Shown here: positions 9,598-17,499 of the stretch, piece after piece
Layout: every line of letters begins with the position of its first letter
Position numbering within the stretch: position 1 is the stretch's first letter
Origin: an uncultured Bacteroidales bacterium
GTDB taxonomy: Bacteria > Bacteroidota > Bacteroidia > Bacteroidales > UBA1402
Assembly: GCA_964502355.1 (NCBI GenBank)
Contig: CAZCWK010000007.1
Location: 7,091 to 71,090 of the forward strand
Length of the DNA stretch: 64,000 nt
Reading direction: 5' to 3'
Made by a program: the position numbers and the translations under genes
The notes under the pieces: model-generated
The model's database searches: none
Told to the model about the DNA's origin: nothing
The model's input: the letters and a program-made list of their open reading frames with translations, nothing else

Positions 9598-11748
9598 ATG
9601 AAAAAAATCTACATCTTTTTAGTTTTGTTAGTTACTGCATTTAATTCATTTGCAGCTTTTGTGCCTGACCCTTCCAAATTGTACAATATCAAGCAGACTA
9701 ACTCCGGTCTGGTTATAGGAGCACTTGATAATACGCCTTGTTTACAGACTGTAAATCAGAGAAAAAGTCAGGCTTTCAGTTTTATACCTGTTGCCGGATT
9801 AAATGATACATATTATCTGAGAAATGAAGATGGGAAATATCTTAACAAATTATCAACTGTTACCTGGGATTATTGGAGTGTTACTTACGAAGATGCTCCA
9901 ACCGGAAATAATTCAGAATGGGTAATTGAAGGGGAGATTACAGGTTTCAGGTTGATGTTAACAAATAACTCTAAGTATCTTGCATCTGATAACACTACAA
10001 ATGGTGCAGGTATTTATTGTGACAAGTTGGTAGATAACCCAAATGGAGTATTTACTCTTGAAGAAGCGACAGTCATCTATGAAGTATTTGAGGTTGCTGA
10101 AAAGAATATTGAATTAAATGTTGAAAAGGACTATTTGCCTTATCCTCTCAATATTACAACCAGTGGAATTTTTGAGAACATTTATACAAGTGCAACAAGC
10201 GGTTTCACAATGGATAAAACTACTATTACTCCTGAAGATGTAACTGCGGGTTCCGGTAAGGTTGTAGTAAAAGTTAGTTCTACTGCTCCTGCCGGTACTA
10301 AGGGTAATGTTTATTTTTCTATTGGATTTGGCGATGAATTAGTTGTATTTGATTCTGTTGCCATAAAATCTGTTGAAAAACAGGAACGGTTTTTTATTAT
10401 GAATGCTGGTGATACAAGCAAGGTCATTGGTCAGCATAGTACCGAAAATGCTCCCGCGTTACAATTAAACACTGAAGATATTACTCAGATGTTTCTTTTA
10501 CGCGAGGTTAACCCGGGAGTAAATGATAGTTTATACTACGTTATTCAGGATGGTGGCTACAAGATGATGATGAAAGAAATCTCAAGTGGCTGGAGTACTG
10601 TTTATGGAGCTCCTTGTGAGGAAGCCAAATGGAAGATTACTAAAGAAACAGCTACTGAAAGCTCATTTAAAAATGTTGTTACCGGTAAGTATCTTGGTGC
10701 TGATGGTCTTAGTGTAGATGGTAGGTTGTATGATGATAAAGCTCTTGTACAGACTCCTACCGAAAGTCCCTTTACTCTGTGGAAAATCGTAAATGCTGCC
10801 TCAGCTATTGTTCCTGAAAGATTTGAATTATCTGATAATAATTATCCTTTGGAAGTTGAAACCGGTTTTCAGTCATGTCCGGTAACTATTATTTCAAGCG
10901 GAATTAAGCAGGATATTAATGTTTCTGTTTCTAATGGTTTCACTATTGATAAGACAGTTGTCACACCTAAAGAGTTGAAAGATAATGGTGGTAAATATAA
11001 TGTAAGGATAAGTACTAAAACTGTTGCAGGTACTACAGGTACTGTTATTTTCTCAAAAGGAACTACTCCACTTGATACAGTAAATGTAAAATCTGTAGAT
11101 GTAACTAATCGTTACAGTATTGAAAACAGATCAGCTGCAGGTCTTACTTTAGGAAACCATTCCAAAGCTAATGCTCCTGCTCTTGCAGTAATAACAAATG
11201 ATGATTCTCAGAAATTTATTTTACGCAGTGTTAATCCCGGAGTAAATGACAGCCTTTACTTTATTATTCAGGATGGAGATTATAAGTTTATGAAGAAATC
11301 TCCGGATAATGGTTGGGATGTAATATTTGGCGGTCAGTCTGATGAAGCTAAATGGAGACTTAACCATCAGGAAGGTGGAGCATATACAATCATTACAAAT
11401 GTATTAACTGGTAAGGATTTAGGAACTGATGATATAATCGCTGACAGCAGACTATGGGATGACAAGACTTTTGTTGCTGCTCCTACTGCTAAACCCTATT
11501 GTGAATGGAAGTTTACGGAAATTCCAATGGCTCTCGAAAGGACTCATTCAAACAATTTGAAGGCTTTTGTAACAGGCAATTTCGTGAATATTAAAGGCAC
11601 TATTGCGGGGGATAATGTTATGGTATATAATATTTACGGTCAAAAAGTTATGCGGATTGAGGCTGAATCTGATCTGACTACTTTTAGTCTTAATAACGGT
11701 ATTTATATAATCAAAGTAAAAGACTCTGTATTGAAGATAGTTAAATGA
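9598..11748 (+). CDS. Secreted T9SS cargo protein with three lectin-like (possibly beta-trefoil) modules and two Ig-like spacers; function unknown
   Basis: 716 aa. Signal peptide MKKIYIFLVLLVTAFNSFAA. Internal tandem duplication. The C-terminal approx 70 aa (FVNIKGTIAGDNVMVYNIYGQKVMRIEAESDLTTFSLNNGIYIIKVKDSVLKIVK) matches the Por/T9SS type A sorting-domain pattern. Confidence 0.75.
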   Translation: MKKIYIFLVLLVTAFNSFAAFVPDPSKLYNIKQTNSGLVIGALDNTPCLQTVNQRKSQAFSFIPVAGLNDTYYLRNEDGKYLNKLSTVTWDYWSVTYEDAPTGNNSEWVIEGEITGFRLMLTNNSKYLASDNTTNGAGIYCDKLVDNPNGVFTLEEATVIYEVFEVAEKNIELNVEKDYLPYPLNITTSGIFENIYTSATSGFTMDKTTITPEDVTAGSGKVVVKVSSTAPAGTKGNVYFSIGFGDELVVFDSVAIKSVEKQERFFIMNAGDTSKVIGQHSTENAPALQLNTEDITQMFLLREVNPGVNDSLYYVIQDGGYKMMMKEISSGWSTVYGAPCEEAKWKITKETATESSFKNVVTGKYLGADGLSVDGRLYDDKALVQTPTESPFTLWKIVNAASAIVPERFELSDNNYPLEVETGFQSCPVTIISSGIKQDINVSVSNGFTIDKTVVTPKELKDNGGKYNVRISTKTVAGTTGTVIFSKGTTPLDTVNVKSVDVTNRYSIENRSAAGLTLGNHSKANAPALAVITNDDSQKFILRSVNPGVNDSLYFIIQDGDYKFMKKSPDNGWDVIFGGQSDEAKWRLNHQEGGAYTIITNVLTGKDLGTDDIIADSRLWDDKTFVAAPTAKPYCEWKFTEIPMALERTHSNNLKAFVTGNFVNIKGTIAGDNVMVYNIYGQKVMRIEAESDLTTFSLNNGIYIIKVKDSVLKIVK
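10084..11514 (+). repeat. In-frame tandem duplication of an approx 235-aa unit inside the 716-aa gene (unit 1 at 10084-10791, unit 2 at 10819-11514)
   Basis: Unit 1 (aa 163-398) aligns with unit 2 (aa 408-639). Examples: SGFTMDKTTITPEDV / NGFTIDKTVVTPKEL; ENAPALQLNTEDITQMFLLREVNPGVNDSLYYVIQDGGYKMM / ANAPALAVITNDDSQKFILRSVNPGVNDSLYFIIQDGDYKFM; EEAKWKI / DEAKWRL. The DNA has diverged but is still clearly alignable. Confidence 0.8.
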
Positions 11749-11816
11749 TAATTATGAGAAAAATTCCTGACTGCTTACAGTGGGGAAGATTAGATGGTTA
11801 ATGATTAGAAATGGTT

Positions 11817-11852
11817 AGAGCTCCGGGATACAAATTCCGGAGCTCTTTTATT
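11817..11852 (+). terminator. Rho-independent terminator after the T9SS cargo gene
   Basis: 10-bp GC-rich stem AGAGCTCCGG / CCGGAGCTCT, 10-nt loop, then TTTTATT. Confidence 0.6.
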
Positions 11853-11889
11853 ATATAGTTTGGCTGATGGAAAATACTTTATTTATTTC

Positions 11890-12834
11890 TTACTTGATTA
11901 TACTAAAATGTGATTTTATATTTTCTGCCATAACATCTACCAGTCTTTGTCTGGCTTCAACTGAAGCCCAGGCAATATGGGGTGCAAGTAAGAGCTTTTC
12001 TTTCAGATTTATATCAAGAAAAGGATGATTTGAAGGTAATGGCTCGTCAACAAAAACATCCATGGCCGCTCCTTTTATTCGGTTTTCAGCAAGTGCTTTT
12101 GCAAGATCTGTCTCATTTACAATACCTCCTCTGCCTACATTTACAATAATCGCACCGGATTTCATCATGCAGATTTTATTATAATCTATAAGGTTTTGAG
12201 TGAGGCTGTTAAGTGGTGCATGAATTGATATTATATCACATTTTGAAACCAAATCTTCCAGACTTTCCCGGCGATATATTTTATCGTTGTTCTTGCCTGA
12301 TGTTGAATAATAACTTACGTCAGCCTTAAATGAAGTTGCAATCTCTGCTACTCTTTTTCCAATATTGCCTAAACCAATTATGCCCCATTTTTTTCCACTG
12401 ATTTCATTAAATGGCACCCCGTGATGGGTAAAAAGATTGCTTTCAGAATATAAGCCACTTTTCACATAGTTGTCATAATAACTGAATTTTCTGAATAATT
12501 CGAAAACCATTGCGAATGTCATCTCGGCAACACTGTCGGTGGAATAATTTTCTACATTTTTTACCGGTATTCCTTTATCTCCGGCGGCTTCAACATCTAC
12601 ATTATTCATTCCCGTTGCTGAAATGCATATTAACTTTAGTTTTGGCAATGAGTCAATTTCCGGTTTCATCAACCTGAATTTGTTGACTATTATTACATCG
12701 GCATCTATACACCTTTCGTAAAATTCCTCAGGTGAAGTGTTGTCGTATAAGTTTAGTTTACCCAGGTTTAAAATAGGTGAGAAGTCTACGTCGCCATTTG
12801 ATTTGGCATCCAGAAAGACAATATTTGGTTTCAT
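11890..12834 (-). CDS. D-isomer-specific 2-hydroxyacid dehydrogenase (glycerate dehydrogenase / hydroxypyruvate reductase-like)
   Basis: 314 aa. NAD fold GIIGLGNIGKRVAEIA; catalytic-region blocks IVNVGRGGIV and LLAPHIAWAS. Confidence 0.85.
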   Translation of the reverse strand: MKPNIVFLDAKSNGDVDFSPILNLGKLNLYDNTSPEEFYERCIDADVIIVNKFRLMKPEIDSLPKLKLICISATGMNNVDVEAAGDKGIPVKNVENYSTDSVAEMTFAMVFELFRKFSYYDNYVKSGLYSESNLFTHHGVPFNEISGKKWGIIGLGNIGKRVAEIATSFKADVSYYSTSGKNNDKIYRRESLEDLVSKCDIISIHAPLNSLTQNLIDYNKICMMKSGAIIVNVGRGGIVNETDLAKALAENRIKGAAMDVFVDEPLPSNHPFLDINLKEKLLLAPHIAWASVEARQRLVDVMAENIKSHFSIIK

Positions 12835-12932
12835 TATAAATAAACTTTTTACAATTTACATAGTTGTTCAAAATTAATTAAAAAGAGTTTTTGTAAATAT
12901 ATATTCGAAGATTTTTAAGAATTTTATATAAT

Positions 12933-12951
12933 ATCACCATATATAGTGAAT
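12933..12951. promoter_or_regulatory. Operator-like 19-mer, copy 1 (ATCACCATATATAGTGAAT), candidate HipB binding site
   Basis: Contains the imperfect palindrome TCACCATATATAGTGA (14 of 16 positions symmetric). A near-identical copy lies 61 bp downstream. Confidence 0.5.
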
Positions 12952-12979
12952 TTGCCTTGTTTTTATTATTGGGATACTT

Positions 12980-12987
12980 TATATTTG
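12980..12987 (+). promoter_or_regulatory. Bacteroidota -7 promoter box TATATTTG (TAnnTTTG) for the hipBST operon
   Basis: Exact match to the TAnnTTTG consensus, 27 nt upstream of the hipB ATG and between the two operator copies. Confidence 0.45.
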
Positions 12988-12993
12988 CTAAAA

Positions 12994-13012
12994 ATCACCA
13001 CATATAGTGAAT
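12994..13012. promoter_or_regulatory. Operator-like 19-mer, copy 2 (ATCACCACATATAGTGAAT), abutting the hipB start codon
   Basis: 18 of 19 identical to copy 1. It ends 1 nt before the ATG at 13014 and overlaps the expected transcription start. Confidence 0.5.
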
Positions 13013-13013
13013 T

Positions 13014-13208
13014 ATGGATATTGAAGAAATTGGAAAAAGGGTTCGGGAAAGACGAAAAGAGTTAGGCTTAGATCAGACCACATTGGCAAATCTGGCCAAT
13101 GTTGGTGTAAATGCGCTTTGTCGACTGGAGCGGGGCTCAGGCAATCCCAGATTTAATGTACTTTATAATGTTTTAAAAACATTAGGATTTGAAATAGTTC
13201 TTAAATAA
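13014..13208 (+). CDS. hipB: XRE-family HTH protein, HipB-like component of a tripartite TA cassette
   Basis: 64 aa with the typical Cro/C1 HTH LGLDQTTLANLANVGVNALCRLERG. First gene of a tight three-gene cassette. Confidence 0.85.
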   Translation: MDIEEIGKRVRERRKELGLDQTTLANLANVGVNALCRLERGSGNPRFNVLYNVLKTLGFEIVLK

Positions 13209-13220
13209 AGCAAATAACGT

Positions 13221-13544
13221 ATGAAAAGATCTGTTAAGGTTTTTGTAAAAGGGAGATTTGCCGGTGTTCTGGAAGAAACTGATGATGAACAATACTATTT
13301 TCGTTATGATGATGACTATTTTCATGATCTTAATGCACCTCCTGTATCGTTAACCATGCCAAAAGAAAGGCAGGAATTTTTATCTTCTTTTTTATTTCCT
13401 GTTTTCTTTAATATGACTTCAGAGGGAGATAACCGTAAGATTCAGTCAAGAAACCTGCATATTGATGAAAAAGATGATTTTGGTATACTATCAGCTACAG
13501 GGCATACAGATACTATTGGAGCAATAACAGTTTTACCTTTATAG
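13221..13544 (+). CDS. hipS: HipA N-terminal-subdomain protein (HipS-like, presumed antitoxin)
   Basis: 107 aa. Pattern VFVKGRFAGVLEE...YYFRYDDDY...PPVSLTMP...LFPVFFNMTSEGDNR matches the HipA N-terminal coupling domain encoded as a separate polypeptide. Its stop is 1 nt before the kinase ATG. Confidence 0.8.
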   Translation: MKRSVKVFVKGRFAGVLEETDDEQYYFRYDDDYFHDLNAPPVSLTMPKERQEFLSSFLFPVFFNMTSEGDNRKIQSRNLHIDEKDDFGILSATGHTDTIGAITVLPL

Positions 13545-13545
13545 T

Positions 13546-14553
13546 ATGGCAGAACATATGACACATATTTGTCCTTCGCTTTTAGTTAGCTGTAAAGGAA
13601 TCGAAGGTTATTCAAAAAAAGCATTGAAGATGCTTTTTGACGGGCAAATTGTTTCTGAAAAATTGGAGTATGAACGTTTCGAAAGCAATGATTCGATTGA
13701 TCTTTTTACGGATAATAGTAAGCGTATATCGGTTTCAGGTGTTCAGATCAAATATTCAATGATTGCTGATAAAGGAGTTTTACGTTTGACTAAACCTGAC
13801 GAAAAGGGAGAGTTTATCTTGAAGCCAATTCCTAATAATCTTCGCAATAAAGGCTTTTGCCCGGCTAACGAGCATCTCACAATGCAAATAGCATCTCAGA
13901 TATATGGAATCGCGACAGCCCCCAATGGATTATGTTTTTTTAAAGATGGTTCTCCCGCTTATTATATTCGCCGTTTTGATAACTATAATGGTGTTAAACT
14001 ACTTAAGGAAGATTTTGCTGCTTTATCGGGATTAACAAGTAAAAATGGGGGCTCTGATTATAAATATTCCAATTTGTCTTATGAGGAATGCGCTATAATT
14101 ATTGAAAAATACAGTTCAATACCAAAGATTGACAAAATGCGTTTTTTTGAAATACTTCTATTCAACTTTGTCTTTTGTAATGGTGATGCCCACTTGAAAA
14201 ATTTTTCTCTGATTGAGGATAAGAATGGTAAGTTTCAATTATCACCGGCATATGACTTGCTTAATACCCAAATCCATGTCGATGATAGTATTTTTGCCCT
14301 TAATAGAGGTTTGTTTTTGGAATCTAAACCGGAATATTTTGAAATGCAATCTGTTGTGACTGGTAAAACATTTCGGATATTCGGGGGGAAAATTGGTCTT
14401 TCGAAAGATATTGTAGATAGATTATTGAATAAGTATTGTACAATTTATAACCGGACTGATACATTGATTGAGAATTCATTTCTGTCTGATGTTCTTAAAA
14501 AACAATATAAACAGATGTACAAGGCTCGCATAAATAGCTTTTTGTGTTATTGA
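13546..14553 (+). CDS. hipT: HipA-core serine/threonine kinase lacking the N-terminal subdomain (HipT-like toxin)
   Basis: 335 aa. Gly-rich loop RISVSGVQIKYS with two serines (S62, S64); catalytic loop NGDAHLKNFSL; Mg-binding SPAYDLLNT. Confidence 0.85.
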   Translation: MAEHMTHICPSLLVSCKGIEGYSKKALKMLFDGQIVSEKLEYERFESNDSIDLFTDNSKRISVSGVQIKYSMIADKGVLRLTKPDEKGEFILKPIPNNLRNKGFCPANEHLTMQIASQIYGIATAPNGLCFFKDGSPAYYIRRFDNYNGVKLLKEDFAALSGLTSKNGGSDYKYSNLSYEECAIIIEKYSSIPKIDKMRFFEILLFNFVFCNGDAHLKNFSLIEDKNGKFQLSPAYDLLNTQIHVDDSIFALNRGLFLESKPEYFEMQSVVTGKTFRIFGGKIGLSKDIVDRLLNKYCTIYNRTDTLIENSFLSDVLKKQYKQMYKARINSFLCY

Positions 14554-14581
14554 TTGTGGCAAACCTTTGGCAAGCATCAAT

Positions 14582-14619
14582 AAAAAAGCACTTGTAAACT
14601 TCTTTACAAGTGCTTTTTT
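14582..14619. terminator. Bidirectional rho-independent terminator between hipT and tRNA-Pro
   Basis: 11-bp stem GCACTTGTAAA / TTTACAAGTGC (14588-14598 / 14603-14613), 4-nt loop, flanked by A6 on the left and T6 on the right. Confidence 0.75.
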
Positions 14620-14628
14620 ATTGATAAG

Positions 14629-14704
14629 TCGGGGTGACTAGATTCGAACTAGCGACCACACGCCCCCCAGACGCGTACTCTAAACCGGGCTGAGCTACAC
14701 CCCG
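14629..14704 (-). tRNA. tRNA-Pro, anticodon GGG; CCA not encoded
   Basis: Minus strand reads CGGGGTG TA GCTC AGCCCGGTTTA GAGT A CGCGT CTGGGGG GCGTG TGGTC GCTAG TTCGAAT CTAGT CACCCCG A. This folds as a full 76-nt cloverleaf with GTTCGAAT in the T arm. The anticodon loop is CU-GGG-GG. The downstream sequence is CTTATC, so no CCA is encoded. Confidence 0.9.
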
Positions 14705-14717
14705 AACTTTTGCGATG

Positions 14718-14725
14718 CAAATTTA
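14718..14725 (-). promoter_or_regulatory. -7 promoter box TAAATTTG (TAnnTTTG) upstream of tRNA-Pro
   Basis: The plus strand reads CAAATTTA, 14 nt upstream of the mature tRNA 5' end. Confidence 0.4.
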
Positions 14726-14873
14726 GCGATTTTTACGGTAAATTTCAATCAGCGGTGCATGATTTTTACAATTATGCATTGCGGAATCCTTCAAAATAAG
14801 GGTCTATAAATTAATAATGAGGCTATTAATTAAGAAGGATAATTATTTAAAAAGTGATTCATCATGTGTTATA

Positions 14874-15935
14874 TCAACTGCCGGTGGAAAACATATAGAA
14901 GTCAAGCATCTCTTCAATTGTTTTCTTGTCAACAGTCTGATCAAGCCAGATGTCTCCGATATCAGAAAGCAGAGTAAAGTTAATTGCATCGCCTTCATTC
15001 TTCTTATCATGAGTCATGGCTTCAATAAGATAATCATAATCGTTGCATGAAATAGGGTAGACGCCGTACTCCTCTTTAATGAATGCGATGAGTTGTTGTA
15101 AAATATGGTTAGGAAATTTGAATTTTTTATTTGAAAGGTATAACTCACAAATTATGCCCCACGCAACTGCATATCCGTGCAAAACCGGTTCTTCTCTTTT
15201 GTGAGACAAGCTTTCAAAGGCGTGTCCTGCCGTATGTCCAAGATTTAACGCCTTACGGAGGCTTGTTTCTTTAGGGTCCTTTTGAACAATGTCATTTTTG
15301 ACTTCAACAGATTTTCTGATAGCGACTAAAAAAGATTTACTGTCAGGATTTTCAAGATCAAGCCTGAGCAAATCTTCAAAGTAATTTGCCTCTGAAAGTA
15401 ATCCGTGTTTAAGCATCTCAGAATATCCGGATAAAATATTTTTTTTATCGAGAGTTTTCAGAAAGCCTGAATAAAAAACTACAGCTTTTGGCATATCGAA
15501 TGCTCCAATCTCATTTTTCAAACCATTAAAGTTTATGCCGGTTTTACCTCCGACAGCTGCATCAACTGCAGCGAGAACTGTTGTTGGAATATTGATAAAA
15601 TCAATGCCTCTTTTAAATGTTGAAGCCGCGAAACCACCTAAATCTGTAATCATTCCACCACCAAGATTAATCAATACAGATTTTCTGGTTGCTTTGTTTT
15701 TACTTAAAAAAGACCACAGACTACTGACACTGTCAATATTCTTATTTTCATCACCTGACGGTAGTGTGAAAAATCGCGCCTGAGATAAACAATCAAAATC
15801 CTTAATTAATGGTAAACACAATTTTTCAGTGTTCCGGTCACAAAGTACAAAAATCTGAGATGGTGAATATTGTTTTATGGTTTTCGCCAGGTCTTCTTCA
15901 ATTTTTTCTGTAAAAATGATTTTTGTTGGAGTCAT
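14874..15935 (-). CDS. aroB: 3-dehydroquinate synthase
   Basis: 353 aa. NLGGGMITDLGGFAASTFKRGIDFINIPTTVLAAVDA and metal-binding LNLGHTAGHAFE...HGYAVAWG blocks. Confidence 0.9.
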   Translation of the reverse strand: MTPTKIIFTEKIEEDLAKTIKQYSPSQIFVLCDRNTEKLCLPLIKDFDCLSQARFFTLPSGDENKNIDSVSSLWSFLSKNKATRKSVLINLGGGMITDLGGFAASTFKRGIDFINIPTTVLAAVDAAVGGKTGINFNGLKNEIGAFDMPKAVVFYSGFLKTLDKKNILSGYSEMLKHGLLSEANYFEDLLRLDLENPDSKSFLVAIRKSVEVKNDIVQKDPKETSLRKALNLGHTAGHAFESLSHKREEPVLHGYAVAWGIICELYLSNKKFKFPNHILQQLIAFIKEEYGVYPISCNDYDYLIEAMTHDKKNEGDAINFTLLSDIGDIWLDQTVDKKTIEEMLDFYMFSTGS

Positions 15936-16038
15936 GTCAGGATTTTGATTAATTTACGCAAAGATATAATTTTCAAACCTTTTTTGCATATTTGCAAATG
16001 ATTGGATAAATGGATTTGATTCTGTTTGTGTTATCAAT

Positions 16039-17499
16039 ATGAATAATTTTGAACTCATGGTTGCACATTTCTTTGATTCGTGGTCGGAATTTTCAAGGTT
16101 TCTTTTTGATTCAGTATATATTATCACTCTTGTGAGTGCCATAATTGTAGTTGTGCTGGATAACAGAAATCCGGTTAAAACAATATCATGGATACTTGTG
16201 CTTATATTTTTGCCTTATATAGGGATCCTTTTATACATTTTTTTCGGGCAGAGATACAGGAAAAAAAAGATTGTCTCCAAAAAAAGTATTCGCAGGATAG
16301 AAAATAATCCGGCATATCTTTATGAAGAGCTGAATATGGAGAGTTATCCTGAAAACTGTACAAATATTATTGAACTGCTCAGAAGTAACAATTATCATCC
16401 TGTTTTTTCCGGAAATGATATCCGGCTATTCAACAATGGAAAAGATAAATTTTCTTCTTTGTTTGAAGATATTCGTAATGCCAGAAAGCATATTCATATC
16501 GAATACTATATAATAGAACAATCAAAGATTGGTTATGAGTTGCAGGCTCTTCTCATTGAAAAAGCTAAAAATGGTATAGAAGTAAGAATTATTTATGATG
16601 ATATTGGGTCCTGGCGTACAAAAAAGTCCTTTTTTCAGGAAATGAAAGATGCCGGCATACAGGTTTATCCATTCCTGAAAGTACTTTTACCTTATCTGTC
16701 ACCTAAGTTCAATTACAGAAATCACAGAAAAATAGTTGTTATTGACGGAGAAATCGGATATACAGGTGGTATGAACGTCGCAGACAGATATGTTTATGGG
16801 ACAAGATACGATAACTGGCGTGATAGTCATGTCAGGATTCAGGGGAAGGCTGTGTATGGTCTTCAAACAGCATTTCTTATAGATTGGTTTTTTGTAAGCC
16901 GGCAAATGCTTACTTCCAAATTTTATTTTCCTGATTTGAAGATTTTTGGAAATACTTTGGTGCAGATTGCAACAAGTAGTCCTGATACTGATTGGGAAGG
17001 TATAATGCAGGCTATTTTTTCTATGGTGAATGGTGCGAAAAAATATATTTATTTACAGACTCCGTATTTTCTGCCTAATGAAAGTCTGCTTACTGCTATG
17101 CAAACTGCTGCTTTGAGTGGTGTTGATGTGAGATTAATGGTGCCTCAGGCAACTGACACTCCAATTACGGCAAAAGCAATGAATACATACTTTACTGAAA
17201 TTATGGAATCCGGAGTCAGGGTCTTTCTGTATCAAAAAGGATTTCTTCATTCAAAAACAGCAGTTGCAGATGATATGGTTTCTACCGTTGGTTCTACAAA
17301 TTTTGATTACAGGAGTTTTGAGCTTGATTTTGAAGTCAATGCCTTTGTTTATGATGAAGACTTTGCATTAAAAATGAAGAATGTTTTTCTTGAAGATTTA
17401 AATGATTGTATTGAAATAGATCCGGTAAGGTGGTCAGGAAGGCCAAAACCAATTAAATACATTGAATCAATATGCAGGTTGTTCGGACCTATGCTGTAA
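16039..17499 (+). CDS. cls: Cardiolipin synthase
   Basis: 486 aa. Two N-terminal TM helices and two HKD motifs (HRKIVVIDGEIGYTGGMN and HSKTAVADDMVSTVGSTN). Confidence 0.9.
   Translation: MNNFELMVAHFFDSWSEFSRFLFDSVYIITLVSAIIVVVLDNRNPVKTISWILVLIFLPYIGILLYIFFGQRYRKKKIVSKKSIRRIENNPAYLYEELNMESYPENCTNIIELLRSNNYHPVFSGNDIRLFNNGKDKFSSLFEDIRNARKHIHIEYYIIEQSKIGYELQALLIEKAKNGIEVRIIYDDIGSWRTKKSFFQEMKDAGIQVYPFLKVLLPYLSPKFNYRNHRKIVVIDGEIGYTGGMNVADRYVYGTRYDNWRDSHVRIQGKAVYGLQTAFLIDWFFVSRQMLTSKFYFPDLKIFGNTLVQIATSSPDTDWEGIMQAIFSMVNGAKKYIYLQTPYFLPNESLLTAMQTAALSGVDVRLMVPQATDTPITAKAMNTYFTEIMESGVRVFLYQKGFLHSKTAVADDMVSTVGSTNFDYRSFELDFEVNAFVYDEDFALKMKNVFLEDLNDCIEIDPVRWSGRPKPIKYIESICRLFGPML

Noticed and set aside
12835-14704. 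Possible tRNA-Pro-linked genomic island carrying the TA cassette.
   Set aside because: I found no integrase, excisionase or transposase, and no direct repeat of the tRNA 3' end (TCGGGGTGACTAGATTCGAAC) on the distal side. Only a weak 7 of 10 resemblance (ATATTCGAAG) occurs near 12901.
14817-15050. 77-aa plus-strand ORF overlapping the 3' end of aroB. Similar small ORFs lie at 662-856 and 875-1069 over the HTCS gene.
   Set aside because: They overlap well-supported genes on the opposite strand and have no motifs or plausible promoters.
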